This document shows positions 9,886-19,650 of a DNA stretch of 64,000 bases, one piece after another (the first letter of the stretch is position 1; the number at the start of each line of letters is the position of its first letter). This stretch comes from Dehalococcoidales bacterium (lineage in GTDB: Bacteria; Chloroflexota; Dehalococcoidia; Dehalococcoidales; RBG-16-60-22). A program made the translations under genes and the position numbers. Location: assembly GCA_016930185.1 (NCBI GenBank), contig JAFGHK010000076.1, positions 3,005-67,004 on the forward strand, given 5' to 3'. The notes beneath the pieces are model-generated. The model was not told the origin of the DNA and searched no databases. It was given only the letters and a program-made list of their open reading frames with translations.

Positions 9886-11088
9886 TCAGCTGTCTTTCTC
9901 AAGCGAGCCGGTCTGCAGGGGAATCGTAACCGTAAAGGTAGAACCTTCCCCCACCTTACTTTGGGCTTCTATCCTGCCTTTATGCCGGTGGATAATACCG
10001 TAAGCTACCGCAAGCCCAAGCCCAACGCCTTTTACATCCGCCTTAGTGCTGAAAAAGGGAGTAAAGAGCTTGCCGATATTTTCCGGAGGAATTCCTATAC
10101 CGGTATCCTGCACCTCCAGTTTTATTTTAGAGTTATGAACATAGGTACGTAAAGTTAATCTGCCTCCCCGGGGCATAGCCTGAACAGCATTGATTATCAG
10201 ACTAAGACAAACCTGCTGAATCTGGCTGGGGTCGGCCGTGATTTCAGGCAACGAAGGTTCAAGTTCGTTAAAGACCCGTATGTCCTGCTCTTCAACCGAG
10301 TGCGATACCAGGTCCAGGGCATGATTAACAACGGTATTCATGTTAACCGACTGGAATTCCGGTGTCGATTGACGGGCAAAATTAAGCAGGTTCTGTACCA
10401 ATTTGGTACTGCGGACGAGTTCGGATTCCATTTTAGAAAGGTAATCGAGGGTAACTTCATTATCAGCTTCGCCTCTCTCTACCTTCCTGGCCAGCAGCTG
10501 GGTGTAAACAAGTGTGCCGGATAAAGGGTTATTAATTTCATGGGCGATGGACGCTGCCAGCTGCCCCAGAGACGTAAGCTTTTCCGCCTGGATTACCTGC
10601 GCCTGGGTTTCCTTAAGTCGCCGGTGATTTATTTCCAGCGCTTTTGAATATGACTGGAGTTGTTTGTTGGATTCTTCAAGGGTTGTAAGAATCTGTTGTT
10701 CTTGTTCCTTTCTCTTCCTATCGTAGTAAATCCATAAAAGTACTAGAGAACCAATAACGATTACCCCGATAGTCTCGAACAAAGCGTCAGCGAAATACTG
10801 TGATATCAAGAAAACACGGGGCAACATAATAGCGGTGGCTATCGCCAGGCTTATCAATCCCGCCCGTGTACCGATAAAGAATCCGGCATAGCCAAGCGGC
10901 AGTAATAGAAAAATACGCTCCACGGCGTGGCGGCTAAGACCGAGGAATGAAAATAGGGAGGCTGAATCCGTCGCCAGAATCTGCTGCGGGTAGTGTAGTA
11001 TAACCCCCACAACGAATAAGAATACAACCACCCATAAATGCGGACTCTTTAGCGTTTTCAGCCAGTGATAATGCATATTAGCAACCAC
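9886..11088 (-). CDS. membrane sensor histidine kinase
   Basis: 400 aa with an N-terminal polytopic TM region and a coiled coil. H-box SIAHEINNPL; ATPase motifs DTGIGIPPE and GVGLGLAV. It lies 74 nt downstream of mvhA on the same strand. Confidence 0.9.
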   Translation of the reverse strand: MVANMHYHWLKTLKSPHLWVVVFLFVVGVILHYPQQILATDSASLFSFLGLSRHAVERIFLLLPLGYAGFFIGTRAGLISLAIATAIMLPRVFLISQYFADALFETIGVIVIGSLVLLWIYYDRKRKEQEQQILTTLEESNKQLQSYSKALEINHRRLKETQAQVIQAEKLTSLGQLAASIAHEINNPLSGTLVYTQLLARKVERGEADNEVTLDYLSKMESELVRSTKLVQNLLNFARQSTPEFQSVNMNTVVNHALDLVSHSVEEQDIRVFNELEPSLPEITADPSQIQQVCLSLIINAVQAMPRGGRLTLRTYVHNSKIKLEVQDTGIGIPPENIGKLFTPFFSTKADVKGVGLGLAVAYGIIHRHKGRIEAQSKVGEGSTFTVTIPLQTGSLEKDS

Positions 11089-11162
11089 TTAAACCGTATG
11101 CCGACTATATTGATTATCTATTATATACCATCGATGATTGCTAATAAACTCTTATAAACGTT

Positions 11163-12626
11163 TTAATTACTGCTAAGTTTGTTAACCAGGTTTTTCTTGC
11201 TGTCATATACATAAATGGGCACTGGTGAAGGGCCGCTCAAATCGTGCGAAGCGCAGGCAAGGCAGAGGTCGTAAGGACGCCAGGCCATCTCTACCCGGTT
11301 GAGAATACCTTCTGTGATTTCTTTACCGGGCTGGATAACTGCTTTAGCGGCTTTACCTATCGACATATTTACAGCAGCACCGTTATTAACCGTAGCTACA
11401 ATCAAATTTGCCTTTTTAATCACACCCTTTTCATCGGTTATATAGTGATGGATAAGCGTACCGCGGGGCGCTTCCACGATTCCAACACCTTCATCAGGAG
11501 TCTTGTCGGGGATATTACGTATATCGGTACTGGTAATATCAGGGTCGCGGCTAAGTTCCAGCATGTGTTCCGCGGCATTGAGCAGCTCGATAAGGCGCGC
11601 CCAGTGCATCGCCAGCGTATGGTGAACCGGTTTACCTCCGAGGGTATCGTAGAATCTCTCGTAGTGCTTCTGCGCCAGCGGTGTCGACATGCCGTCGGCG
11701 GCATTGAGTCTGGCCAGCGGAGCCACACGGAATACGCCGCTGTCTTTACCGTCCACAAAGCCCTTCCACCCCACCTTCTTCAGGAAGGGGAACTTGATAT
11801 AGGACCACGGTTCCACATGCTCGGCGATATGGTCGAGATATTCAGCGGGGGCAAATTTCGCAAATTCCTTGCCTTCGGGGTCGACTACTCTGACCTTGCC
11901 GTCATAGTAATTGACTTTATTATTCTCATCCACCAGACCCATATAGTAGGTCTTGTGAGTATAGGCATCGCTGACAATCATATCGACATATTCTTTGTTC
12001 TTGAGTACGATATCATCGAAGACCTTTAACGACAGCTTGCCGAATTCTACCGAATCTTTGGCTATTTCCTCTATTTCCTTTCTTTCCTCTTCACTAAGAC
12101 TTTTGCTGACGCCGCCAGGAAGACCAAAGACAGGGTGTATGCCCCTGCCGCCAATCAATTCGATGACATGGTGATTACGCATACGGGCATTGATAACAGC
12201 TCCACCCAGTTCCAGCCCCACCTTACCGATAACACCGATAATATTGCGCTCGGCTACCGGAGCATCCGGCCCCATGACAAAATCAGGGCCGCCCAGAATA
12301 TAAAAGTGCGTGGTATGGTCGGTCACATAGAAGGCGCTGTAAAGCAACTCGCGGAGTTTTTTCGCCGTTGGGGTGGGTTCAACGTGATATAGGGCATCAA
12401 GCGTTTTAGTGGAAGCCACGTGATGTGCTTCCGGGCAAACGCCGCATATTCTCTCGGTAATCTGGGGCATATCATCAGCCATGCGGCCTTCGGAGAATTT
12501 TTCAAATCCCCTTAATTCCGGCACCTGGAAATAAGAATTAGCAACAGCGCCGTTCTCATCCAGGAATATTTCTATCTTTCCATGCCCCTCGAGGCGGGTT
12601 ATCGGGTCTATAGTTATCTTCTTCAT
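11163..12626 (-). CDS. mvhA: [NiFe]-hydrogenase large subunit, Mvh/F420-non-reducing (group 3c-like)
   Basis: 487 aa. N-terminal RICGVCPEAH and C-terminal DLCLACASH are the Ni-Fe ligand motifs, with a C-terminal extension. The gene context is mvhD and mvhG. Confidence 0.9.
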   Translation of the reverse strand: MKKITIDPITRLEGHGKIEIFLDENGAVANSYFQVPELRGFEKFSEGRMADDMPQITERICGVCPEAHHVASTKTLDALYHVEPTPTAKKLRELLYSAFYVTDHTTHFYILGGPDFVMGPDAPVAERNIIGVIGKVGLELGGAVINARMRNHHVIELIGGRGIHPVFGLPGGVSKSLSEEERKEIEEIAKDSVEFGKLSLKVFDDIVLKNKEYVDMIVSDAYTHKTYYMGLVDENNKVNYYDGKVRVVDPEGKEFAKFAPAEYLDHIAEHVEPWSYIKFPFLKKVGWKGFVDGKDSGVFRVAPLARLNAADGMSTPLAQKHYERFYDTLGGKPVHHTLAMHWARLIELLNAAEHMLELSRDPDITSTDIRNIPDKTPDEGVGIVEAPRGTLIHHYITDEKGVIKKANLIVATVNNGAAVNMSIGKAAKAVIQPGKEITEGILNRVEMAWRPYDLCLACASHDLSGPSPVPIYVYDSKKNLVNKLSSN

Positions 12627-13582
12627 GATACTTTGGCCCTCCTTAACAGCGAGTCCGGCAGAGAGTACCTGTAGAACGTTCCGGCCGGGTCAGCGATATC
12701 ATCTATTATACTGGCTATTTCTTCAGGGTCGGTTGAATCGATTATAGATGCCACCGCACTCAAGAAATGCGCCCCCTGGTCGGTGACGCCCTTAACAGGG
12801 CCATAGCAGCCGGTGCAGGGCATGTTGGCTTTCAGACACATTGCTCCGCAACCGCCGGCAGTGGCTACTCCAGCGCACAGTATCCCCTGCTCGAGCAAAC
12901 AGACCTCCTGGTCCGGTTCAATCTCGAATGGTCGATAGAATTTTTTAACTTTCTTTTCATTTTTAGTGCGAGGGCAATCATCACATACAGCTTTTACATT
13001 ATGGGAGATTATCGAGCCCTTTGGCGGCAATTTATTTTGAATAAGGGCTTCAAGGGCAAGCCAGGTGGTTTTTTCTTCCGGCGGACAGCCGGGAATAATG
13101 TAATCCACGTCCACGGTTTGAGGCAGGCTCCTAACGGTATCGAAAAATTCAGGGAGAGAGAGCTTCCCCTCCGGCACGTCGATACTGGTCTGGGGAGTTA
13201 CCCCCTTTTCATTGTCCGTGGACTGTGTTTCCAGATAAGCCCTGTTAAAAATCATCTCACGGTTATATAGATTACCCAGGCCCGGAATGCCTCCATAATT
13301 TGCGCAGGCGCCATAGGAAATCATCGTTTTTGATTTATCGCGCAGCATCTTTGCCATGTGCTCCTGCTCCGAGGTGCGGATGGCGCCGTTAAACAGGCAG
13401 ACATCGATGCTTTTTTCAGGCATGGCTTCCACATCCTTATACTTGACGTCGATAGCCACCGGCCAGAAAACGATATCGGCCGCATCTATTAGTTTCAGCA
13501 GTTTCTCACCAATCTGTAGCTGGGCGATTTCACAACCACCGCAACTGGAGGCCCAATATAGAGCTAATTTAATTTTTGCCAT
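12623..13582 (-). CDS. mvhG: [NiFe]-hydrogenase small subunit (Mvh type)
   Basis: LALYWASSCGGCEI at the N-terminus and Cys-rich Fe-S motifs at the C-terminus. ATG 13582 (MAKIK) is preceded by GGAGAGGG. It overlaps mvhA by 4 nt. Confidence 0.85.
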   Translation of the reverse strand: MAKIKLALYWASSCGGCEIAQLQIGEKLLKLIDAADIVFWPVAIDVKYKDVEAMPEKSIDVCLFNGAIRTSEQEHMAKMLRDKSKTMISYGACANYGGIPGLGNLYNREMIFNRAYLETQSTDNEKGVTPQTSIDVPEGKLSLPEFFDTVRSLPQTVDVDYIIPGCPPEEKTTWLALEALIQNKLPPKGSIISHNVKAVCDDCPRTKNEKKVKKFYRPFEIEPDQEVCLLEQGILCAGVATAGGCGAMCLKANMPCTGCYGPVKGVTDQGAHFLSAVASIIDSTDPEEIASIIDDIADPAGTFYRYSLPDSLLRRAKVS

Positions 13583-14000
13583 GCTGTCCCTCTCCATTAT
13601 TCGCCTTGAACGGCCCGAGTTCCCTGACCTTCTCCGTCATTTCATTGACGACGGAGGCATATTTCTCTCCTTCAGAAGCGGATACCCAGTCCAGGCGGAC
13701 TCTTTCTTCTTCAATGCCGAATTGCTTGAGCATTTTCTTCAATAGCGGTACACGCCGCATTGTCTTGTAGTTACCTTCAATATAATGGCAGTCCCCCGGG
13801 TGGCAGCCCAGGATAAGCACGCCGTCGGCACCCGACTGAAAGGCTTTTATAACGAAAGCCGGTTCCACCCTGGTGCTGCAAGGCACTTTGATTACCTTTA
13901 CGTTAGGCGCAGAAGGAATCCGTGACGTACCTGCGAGATCGGCGCCCCGATAGGAACACCAGCTGCATAAAAATCCTACGATTCTTGGTTCCCAACTCAC
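13569..14000 (-). CDS. mvhD: methyl-viologen-reducing hydrogenase delta subunit
   Basis: 143 aa. IVGFLCSWCSYRGADLAG and ILGCHPGDCHY are typical MvhD motifs. It overlaps hdrB by 4 nt. Confidence 0.9.
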   Translation of the reverse strand: MSWEPRIVGFLCSWCSYRGADLAGTSRIPSAPNVKVIKVPCSTRVEPAFVIKAFQSGADGVLILGCHPGDCHYIEGNYKTMRRVPLLKKMLKQFGIEEERVRLDWVSASEGEKYASVVNEMTEKVRELGPFKANNGEGQHGKN

Positions 14001-14890
14001 TTTACCACCTCCTGCACCTTCGACTTCAAGTATGGTTTAACCGCTTTAAGAGCCGGGGAGATATTTTTATTCAACCCGACCTCTTTAGGACTCAAGCCGA
14101 AAGCAATTCCCATCAACTGCGTTAAAGCCAGCACCGGCATCTCAAATTTCTCGCCATTGCGGTTATTAATCCGCCCCTGGTTGGCATCGAGGTTGGTGAA
14201 ACACAGTGGACACAGGGTGCTGGAAATGCACTCGCCGCCATGCTTTTCAACATTATCAAGAATTTTATAGAGTAGTTTGTAAATCATCTCTTTATTACTG
14301 AAAAGCTGCGTGCCTCCACAGCACTGGGCCTTCAAAGGGAAAAAGACAGTTTCGGCACCCAGGGCTTCTGATACCTGGTCCTGCCAGACAGGGAATTCAT
14401 GGTCGTCCGGACCGTAAGGTCGCGTCTGGTGGCAGCCATAATAATTGGCAACCTTCATGCCGGTCAATTTCCTCTGCACTTTAGAAGCAATTACATCAAG
14501 ACCAATATCATTGATAAAAACATCAACCAGATTTCTGACGCGCAGGGTCCCGTTATATTCCAGATTAGTCGCCGCCAGGGCTTTCTTGACCTGCTCCCTG
14601 ATTCTGGGGTCCTCGGTATAGGTTACGTGTGCCGCAAGCAGGTTCCGGTAGCAGCAGCTACAAGCAGTAACCATATCAAGTTTAAATTTTTCCGCGATTG
14701 CCAGGTTGCGTGTGGCAATGGCAGTTGCCGCCAGTTCATTAATCGACTCTCCGGGGCAACCGCAGCACGTCCAACCCTCAAGCTCTATGAGTTCTATATC
14801 CAGCACTTCACAAACCGCATCTATGGATGCTTGAATCGGCTTCCCGGTGCTTCCCATGGCGCAGCCGGGGAAATAAGTATATTGTTTCAT
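13997..14890 (-). CDS. hdrB: heterodisulfide reductase subunit B-like (two CCG domains)
   Basis: 297 aa with two cysteine-rich CCG-type motifs (WTCCGCPG..., CCGGT). Confidence 0.85.
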   Translation of the reverse strand: MKQYTYFPGCAMGSTGKPIQASIDAVCEVLDIELIELEGWTCCGCPGESINELAATAIATRNLAIAEKFKLDMVTACSCCYRNLLAAHVTYTEDPRIREQVKKALAATNLEYNGTLRVRNLVDVFINDIGLDVIASKVQRKLTGMKVANYYGCHQTRPYGPDDHEFPVWQDQVSEALGAETVFFPLKAQCCGGTQLFSNKEMIYKLLYKILDNVEKHGGECISSTLCPLCFTNLDANQGRINNRNGEKFEMPVLALTQLMGIAFGLSPKEVGLNKNISPALKAVKPYLKSKVQEVVK

Positions 14891-15465
14891 TTGGCACCTC
14901 CGCTCTTTTGCATTGCCTCGACCGCTTTCAATATAGCTGTGACCTCCTTGCCGCCTTTCTTGGTCTGTTTAGGCGGTAAAAGCGGCATCAGGCCGCGAGA
15001 TATCAGGTCCCAGGCTACCCGCATCATCTTCATTCCTTCAAGCAAACTGGTTTTAAGGTAGAAAAGCATTGCCAGTCTGAGTTCCCAGACACGCCCCTGC
15101 ATCATTGCGTCGCGTAAACCTCGATGCAGCGTCAAGGTCGGGGTCTTTGGCTTATAACCTTCACGCTCGGCGATGGCTTCGACGGCATGAATCAACTGGG
15201 TGGGGTTTATATTCCGGGGACAGCGTACCGTGCAGGAATAGCAAGTGACGCAGTTAAAAGCAGAAGTGCTGGAAAGCACCATGTCTCGCTTGCCGGCCCG
15301 TATCATGGCGATGATTTTTCTGGGCGGGTATTGCCACCATTCAACGGTCGGGCAGGAGCCGCTGCATACCCCACACTGGATACACTCATTGATTTTTTCT
15401 CCTCCGGGCTCGGCGGCCACTTCATCAACGAATGACTTGGCTTCTTTGATAGTTTCTGTCTCCAT
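14887..15465 (-). CDS. hdrC: heterodisulfide reductase subunit C-like ferredoxin
   Basis: 192 aa with CIQCGVCSGSCP and CVTCYSCTVRCP 4Fe-4S motifs. It overlaps hdrB by 4 nt. Confidence 0.85.
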   Translation of the reverse strand: METETIKEAKSFVDEVAAEPGGEKINECIQCGVCSGSCPTVEWWQYPPRKIIAMIRAGKRDMVLSSTSAFNCVTCYSCTVRCPRNINPTQLIHAVEAIAEREGYKPKTPTLTLHRGLRDAMMQGRVWELRLAMLFYLKTSLLEGMKMMRVAWDLISRGLMPLLPPKQTKKGGKEVTAILKAVEAMQKSGGAK

Positions 15466-15497
15466 ATTTTCCCCTTTCCAGGTCTATTCGACCAGAC

Positions 15498-18400
15498 CTA
15501 GACCAGAATTCCTTCGATTTGCGCCATTATTTCTTGCGTGGTGTAATGCTTATGCTTGATGGCTGCGCTCGGGCAGGCAGCTACGCACGCTCCGCAGCCT
15601 TTACAGATGGCGTCGTTAATTCTTGACACCTTCTTTTCTTCAATGTAGTCTATCGCCCCGTAGGGACAAAGCAGGTTACAGACCCTGCAGCCGGAACACC
15701 TTTCCTCATCGATTTCCGCGATAGTAGCCTCGGTTTCCACCTTGCCCTTGCTGATGAGGGCTAGTATCCTGGCAGCCGCCGCCGAAGCCTGGGAGACGCT
15801 GTCACGTATGTCCTTTGGACTTTCACAGCAGCCGGCGATGAAAACGCCATCCGTCATGGTCGCTACCGGGTCGAGCTTGGGATGCCTCTCGATGAAGAAG
15901 TCTGCTTCGCCGCAACTGATGTTGAATATCCTGGCAACATCTCTTGCATTCTCATGGGGCTCAAGGGCGGAGCTAAGGATTACCATATCTACCGGCAGGC
16001 GCTCCTTTTCACCAATGAGGGTATTCTCAAACTTAACGATTAACTTACCCTCTTCGTAAGGTGTTTCTGCCACGTCGGTGATTTCACCGGGACGGCCGCG
16101 GTAGAGAATCGTTCCTTCCTTCAGTATCCGGTTATAGAACTCCTCAAACCCCTTGCGCGGTGCCCGGATATCTATGTAAAACTCATAGACTTCTGTCCCG
16201 GGCAGGTGTTCTCTAAGCAGGTGCGAAAATTTAAGCGAGTACATGCAGCAGACCGCCGAGCAGTATTCGTGGTGATTAATATCGCGGCTGCCGACACAGT
16301 GGATTATGGCAACACTCTTCGGCTCCTCGCCGTTTTTCAACAGTATTTTACCGCTGGTGGGACCGGCTGAATTTATCATCCGCTCGAACTCCAGACCGGT
16401 AACCACATTATCCAGCCGTCCGTAGCCGTATTGCTGCATGACGGAGGGGTCGAACTCCTTGAACCCTGTCGCCAGTAGAATATTACCGACGTTTACTTCA
16501 ACTATTTCCTCTTTCATATCGTGCTTTACAGCATTACGTTCACAGGCCGACACGCACAACAGGCATTCACAGCAGACAGCACAGTTGAGGCAGCGGTTTG
16601 CTTCTTCAATGGCCGCTTCCTTGTCCAGTCCCGATTCAACTTCTTTAAACGACCTTATCCTTTCGGCGACAGGTAGTTTAGATGTAGTAGCTCTCGGCTT
16701 CTCAACTACGCCCTCCTTGGATACGTCTTTGACACGTTCCTTTTCCTCCGGCCGCCCTTCTTTCATATCGGCGCCCTGCAGATATCTGTCTACGGAGATA
16801 GCGGCTTCCTTGCCGGCGGCAATCGCTTCGATAACCGTAGCCGGGCCGGCCATGACATCACCGCCAGCAAATACACCTTTAACACTGGTCTCGAAGGTTA
16901 TTTCATCGGCCTTAACAGTGCCGGACTCGGAATATTCAATATTGCCGGGCAGCATCGATTTATTAACCGCCTGGCCGATAGCCATAATAAGGGTATCGAT
17001 TTCCATCTCGAATTCCGACCCTTCAATCGGCACAGGGCGCCGGCGCCCGGAAGCATCCGGCTCGCCCAGTTCCATCCTGATGCACTTGACCCGGGCTAGC
17101 TTTCCGCTTTCGGCAACCACTTCAACGGGGTTAGTCAGATAGCTGATCTTTACACCCTCTTCCTCCATTTCTTCTATTTCACTGGGGATAGCCGGCATTT
17201 CAGCGCGGGAACGGCGGTAAATAATGCTGACCTCTTTAGCGCCCAGACGCAGCGCCGTTCGGGCTGCATCGACGGCCGCATTACCGCCGCCGACCACAGC
17301 CACCCTTTTACCCAGTTCAACTTTCTTGCCTTCACTCACCTGTTTTAGGAACTCAATGGCATGCATCACTCCCTTGGCATCTTCGCCGGGGATGTTCATC
17401 TTCTGACTCACCCAGGCACCGTTGGCCAGGAACACCGCCTTGTATCCCTGCTTCTTAAGTTCGTCAATGTCGGTCACCGCGGTGTTGGTCTTTATCTCAA
17501 CGCCAAGCTCTTTAACATATTCAATCTCATCATCGAGGATTTGCTTAGGCAGGCGGTACTCCGGAATCCCGTAGCGTAGCATGCCCCCCGCCTGGCTGGC
17601 AGCCTCGAAGACAGTCACCGGATAACCTGCTTTTACCAGGTCGTAAGCGCAGGCGAGCCCGGCGGGACCGGAGCCGACAACGGCGATTTTATCCTTCTTA
17701 GTCCTTTCCGCTGGCTGGGCTTTCTCGCGTCCGTTCTTGAGTTCATAGTCGGCCATAAACCGCTTTAGTGCCCTGATAGCTATAGGCTGGTCTACCTTAC
17801 CTCGCTCGCACTCTGTCTCGCAGGGATGGGTGCAGACCCGTCCGCATACCCCGGCGAAAGGCATGGTGCGGCGCAGGACTTCCATAGCTTCCTTGAACTT
17901 ACCCTGCGAAATCAGCGCCACATAACCATGAGCATTTACTCCGGCCGGGCAGGTAAACGAACACGGAGATTTCCCCTGCTTATCAATGACGTAAGCGCTG
18001 GGGACAGCCTGCGGGAAGGGACGGTAGGTGGCTTTCCGCGTGCCTAATTTCATATTGAATTCCGACGGCACAGTTACCGGACAGACTTTTTCGCAGTCAG
18101 AACAGCCGTTGCACTCATTAACATCAATGTACCTGGGTTTCTTACGTATTTTCACAGTAAAGTTACCGATAAATCCGGAGACCTCCGTAACTTCGCTGTA
18201 AGTCATCAGCTCGATAAACGGATGGGAACCGGTAAGCGTCATCTTCGGCGTAAGGATACAGGCGGAGCAATCGAGTGTGGGGAAGGTCTTGTCCAGTTGA
18301 ATCATGTGTCCACCGATGCTCGGTTCTCTTTCCACCAGATATACCTTATGCCCGGAATCGGCGATTTCCAGTGCCGCCTGGATTCCAGCGACACCGCCGC

Positions 18401-18842
18401 CCACAACCAGAGTATCGGGATGTACCGGCACTTCTCTCGTCTCCAGAGGTTCCTGGTAGTATACCCTCCGTACCGAAGCCCTTACCAGCGCCTTGGCTTT
18501 CTCTGTGGCCGCTTCCGGGTCCTCGGTAATCCAGGACGCATGCTCGCGGATGTTCGCCATTTCAAACAGGTATGGATTAAGTCCGGCCCGCTGCATCAGG
18601 CGGCGGAAGGTCGGCTCATGCATCTGCGGGGTGCATGAGGCAACAACTACCCGGTTCAGTCCCATTTCTTTGATATCCTGCTCGATCATCGCCTGTCCCG
18701 GACCGGAACACATGAACCTGTATTCGCGGGCAATCGTTACCGTCGGCAGGCTCTGGATATATTCCACGACCTTGGGAACATCAATCTTACCCAGAATATT
18801 TGAACCGCAATCGCAGACATACACACCTATTTTCGGTTCCAT
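15498..18842 (-). CDS. hdrA: HdrA-like flavoprotein with an inserted GltD/NfnB-like NAD(P)H-oxidoreductase module
   Basis: 1114 aa. HdrA hallmarks are GVYVCDCGSNI, VVGGGVAGIQAALE, TLDCSACILTPKM, IIHCVGSRD and a C-terminal 2x[4Fe-4S]. Residues about 290-745 carry glutamate-synthase-small-subunit-like motifs (VVGSGPAGLACAYDL, VVGGGNAAVDAA, FAGGDVMAGPATVIEAIAAGKEAA). Confidence 0.85.
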   Translation of the reverse strand: MEPKIGVYVCDCGSNILGKIDVPKVVEYIQSLPTVTIAREYRFMCSGPGQAMIEQDIKEMGLNRVVVASCTPQMHEPTFRRLMQRAGLNPYLFEMANIREHASWITEDPEAATEKAKALVRASVRRVYYQEPLETREVPVHPDTLVVGGGVAGIQAALEIADSGHKVYLVEREPSIGGHMIQLDKTFPTLDCSACILTPKMTLTGSHPFIELMTYSEVTEVSGFIGNFTVKIRKKPRYIDVNECNGCSDCEKVCPVTVPSEFNMKLGTRKATYRPFPQAVPSAYVIDKQGKSPCSFTCPAGVNAHGYVALISQGKFKEAMEVLRRTMPFAGVCGRVCTHPCETECERGKVDQPIAIRALKRFMADYELKNGREKAQPAERTKKDKIAVVGSGPAGLACAYDLVKAGYPVTVFEAASQAGGMLRYGIPEYRLPKQILDDEIEYVKELGVEIKTNTAVTDIDELKKQGYKAVFLANGAWVSQKMNIPGEDAKGVMHAIEFLKQVSEGKKVELGKRVAVVGGGNAAVDAARTALRLGAKEVSIIYRRSRAEMPAIPSEIEEMEEEGVKISYLTNPVEVVAESGKLARVKCIRMELGEPDASGRRRPVPIEGSEFEMEIDTLIMAIGQAVNKSMLPGNIEYSESGTVKADEITFETSVKGVFAGGDVMAGPATVIEAIAAGKEAAISVDRYLQGADMKEGRPEEKERVKDVSKEGVVEKPRATTSKLPVAERIRSFKEVESGLDKEAAIEEANRCLNCAVCCECLLCVSACERNAVKHDMKEEIVEVNVGNILLATGFKEFDPSVMQQYGYGRLDNVVTGLEFERMINSAGPTSGKILLKNGEEPKSVAIIHCVGSRDINHHEYCSAVCCMYSLKFSHLLREHLPGTEVYEFYIDIRAPRKGFEEFYNRILKEGTILYRGRPGEITDVAETPYEEGKLIVKFENTLIGEKERLPVDMVILSSALEPHENARDVARIFNISCGEADFFIERHPKLDPVATMTDGVFIAGCCESPKDIRDSVSQASAAAARILALISKGKVETEATIAEIDEERCSGCRVCNLLCPYGAIDYIEEKKVSRINDAICKGCGACVAACPSAAIKHKHYTTQEIMAQIEGILV

Positions 18843-19024
18843 GCTTTACCTCCTAACAATAGTAACGTAAGACACTTTTTTAAATAAACATTGCAACGGT
18901 AAAAATAAAAGAGGCGAGATAGTCAAATACCACACCTCTCTTTCTACCACTTTGTACCTGCTTTCGCGCACATTCGCATGCTTACTCTTTTCAGCCATTC
19001 TTCATTGCTACCTAAGGATAGTAT

Positions 19025-19507
19025 TCAGATGAGTCTTTCAAGTTGACTCGGAGAAAAAGGCTTCACAACGAATTCTATAGCACCTGCTTTCATTGCCTCG
19101 ACAGCCGTCTCAACTGACGGATAGGCAGTCATGACGATGGAATTAATATCTGGTTGTATCTGCTTTACCTCTTTCAGTACATCGATGCCGCTTCTGCCTG
19201 TCAATCTAACATCGATAATAAGGGCATCGAATTCCTGGTTTTTTACCATATCAATAGTCTCTTCACCTGTTCCGGCTGTAGTCACGTTATAACTGTCTTT
19301 AAACCAATCACGGAGGCCTTCGCGCATGACTTTTTCATCATCGACAATCAGGACGGACTTTTTTCTTGATGGATTCTGGATGTCATGGTCCATCAACCTG
19401 ATTATATAGTCCTGCATGGAACTGCCGATATAGGCGCATTTAACTTTAAGCTTTGTATAAAGTTCTTTAGGAATCCTGATGTGTATATCTTTTTGTATAT
19501 CAAACAT
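19025..19507 (-). CDS. response regulator with an N-terminal ribbon-helix-helix-like segment and a C-terminal receiver domain
   Basis: 160 aa. The N-terminus IHIRIPKELYTKLKVKCAYIGSSMQDYIIRLM looks CopG/Arc-like. The REC domain has VLIVDDE, ALIIDVRL, VMTAY and VVKPF. Confidence 0.75.
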   Translation of the reverse strand: MFDIQKDIHIRIPKELYTKLKVKCAYIGSSMQDYIIRLMDHDIQNPSRKKSVLIVDDEKVMREGLRDWFKDSYNVTTAGTGEETIDMVKNQEFDALIIDVRLTGRSGIDVLKEVKQIQPDINSIVMTAYPSVETAVEAMKAGAIEFVVKPFSPSQLERLI

Positions 19508-19650
19508 GTACTAAAGGTCTATGTATATTGGTACATTTGAACCTTGGTCTAATGATATCAAGTGTTAAAAAAAAAATCAATAGCGCCTTTAATCATGTAT
19601 TAAAGTACCTGAAAAATTGTATTGGCAGTTGTTATTATCGAGGAATTACC

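Noticed and set aside
11244-12029. A 261-aa plus-strand ORF antisense to mvhA.
   Set aside because: It lies entirely within a gene with unmistakable [NiFe]-hydrogenase motifs on the other strand. The translation is low-complexity with no recognisable domain, so it is a typical shadow ORF.
14399-17142. Long plus-strand ORFs (14399-15061 at 220 aa; 16438-17142 at 234 aa) antisense to hdrB, hdrC and hdrA.
   Set aside because: Their Ser/Ala/Pro/Arg-rich translations have no motifs. The opposite strand encodes well-supported Hdr subunits with coupled start/stop overlaps.
11163-18842. Possible selenocysteine (TGA) recoding in hdrA, mvhD or mvhA. The same question applies to the Mo enzyme at 52533-54596.
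   Set aside because: All of these ORFs read through without internal stops, and Cys occupies the expected positions.
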